A DNA stretch of 64,000 nt from Aquifex aeolicus VF5 (GTDB taxonomy: Bacteria; Aquificota; Aquificia; Aquificales; Aquificaceae): NCBI RefSeq assembly GCF_000008625.1, contig NC_000918.1:596989-660988 (forward strand). The letters run 5' to 3'. Position numbers and translations under genes: made by a program. The notes under the pieces were generated by a model. That model did not search any database and had not been told where the DNA came from. It worked only from the letters and a program-made list of their open reading frames with translations. Positions 63,522-64,000 of the stretch are shown here, piece by piece. The stretch's first letter is position 1. Every line of letters starts with the position of its first letter.

Positions 63522-64000
63522 TTAAACTACCCTTATCTCCATCTCCTCGTCTCCGTACAGGTGTACTGCACAGGCAAGACATGGATCAAAACTGTGGATT
63601 GTTCTGAGAATCTCAACAGGTTCCTTGGGATTGTGCAGACTGTGCCCTACTAAGGAAGCCTCGTAAGCCGATGGATTTCCCTTTGCGTCTCTCGGAGAGG
63701 CGTTCCAAGTCGTGGGGACTACGGCCTGGTAATTTTCGAGTTTTCCGTCTTTTATGTGTACCCAGTGGGATAGAGAACCTCTAGGAGCTTCCATAAAGCC
63801 TACTCCTTTTGTTTCCTTTGGCCACGTTGAGGGTTCCCACTTCTCAGGATTAAAGACGTCGTAATTTCCCTTTTTGACGTTTTCCATGAGTTCCGAAAAC
63901 CAGTTCTTCATGCTAAAGGAGTAAAGTTTTGTCTCGAGCGCTCTCGCGAAAGTTCTTCCCATAGTTGAAAACATTCCTTCGAAGGGTACGTCCATTTCCT
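63522..64000 (-). CDS. [NiFe] hydrogenase large subunit, C-terminal portion; gene continues beyond the window end
   Basis: Ends ...HSFDPCLACAVHLYGDEEMEIRVV. DPCLACAVH is the C-terminal Ni-Fe ligand motif, followed by the short extension removed by the maturation protease. Confidence 0.8.
   Translation of the reverse strand, partial: EMDVPFEGMFSTMGRTFARALETKLYSFSMKNWFSELMENVKKGNYDVFNPEKWEPSTWPKETKGVGFMEAPRGSLSHWVHIKDGKLENYQAVVPTTWNASPRDAKGNPSAYEASLVGHSLHNPKEPVEILRTIHSFDPCLACAVHLYGDEEMEIRVV

Overview
This 64-kb window is a dense, mostly core-gene segment from a hyperthermophile with Aquifex-like coding style: purine-rich, K/E-rich proteins and ATGA start/stop overlaps. Three proteins match the lengths I recall for A. 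aeolicus proteins, namely a 221-aa RNase III, a 235-aa DnaC and a 192-aa HARP/Aq_880-like protein. That match is from memory and was not checked. The recognisable genes include rpsU, nadC, mnmE, rho, rpmE, prfA, minCDE, dxs, reverse gyrase, fabD, queA, iscU, tusA, nfu, aroE, tadA, phoU, nadK, dnaC, ispE, dapB, ftsY, argS, rph, queF, ftsH, leuC, glyQ, rnc, hemH, pheA, rplT, pheS, lepB, ispF, pgsA and nadE. There are three tRNAs (Leu-TAA, Arg-CCG, Ser-GCT), all on the minus strand, and the partial C-terminus of a [NiFe] hydrogenase large subunit at the right edge.

The non-routine content is:
- A decayed CRISPR-Cas remnant. It consists of a cas6 gene broken by one frameshift and two in-frame TAG codons, followed by a 239-bp leader-like element with no repeats. 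A 238/239-identical second copy of that element lies 4 kb downstream and carries a degenerate two-repeat mini-array. A small conserved ORF follows the second leader, and a truncated copy of it follows the first.
- A PhoR-like histidine kinase next to phoU that is cut by a single in-frame TAA inside its ATPase domain.
- A MrpA/NuoL-like plus DUF2309 pair at the left edge that looks like a DAB-type inorganic-carbon pump.
- A PIN-like HARP (protein-only RNase P) candidate.
- A ThiI-like PP-loop gene with an overlapping, frame-shifted 110-aa ORF inside an iscU/tusA/nfu sulfur-relay cluster.
- A pgsA ORF that runs ~430 bp antisense into nadE.

No intact defence system, integrase or prophage was seen. 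All family calls come from reading the sequence and remembered motifs; no database search was run.
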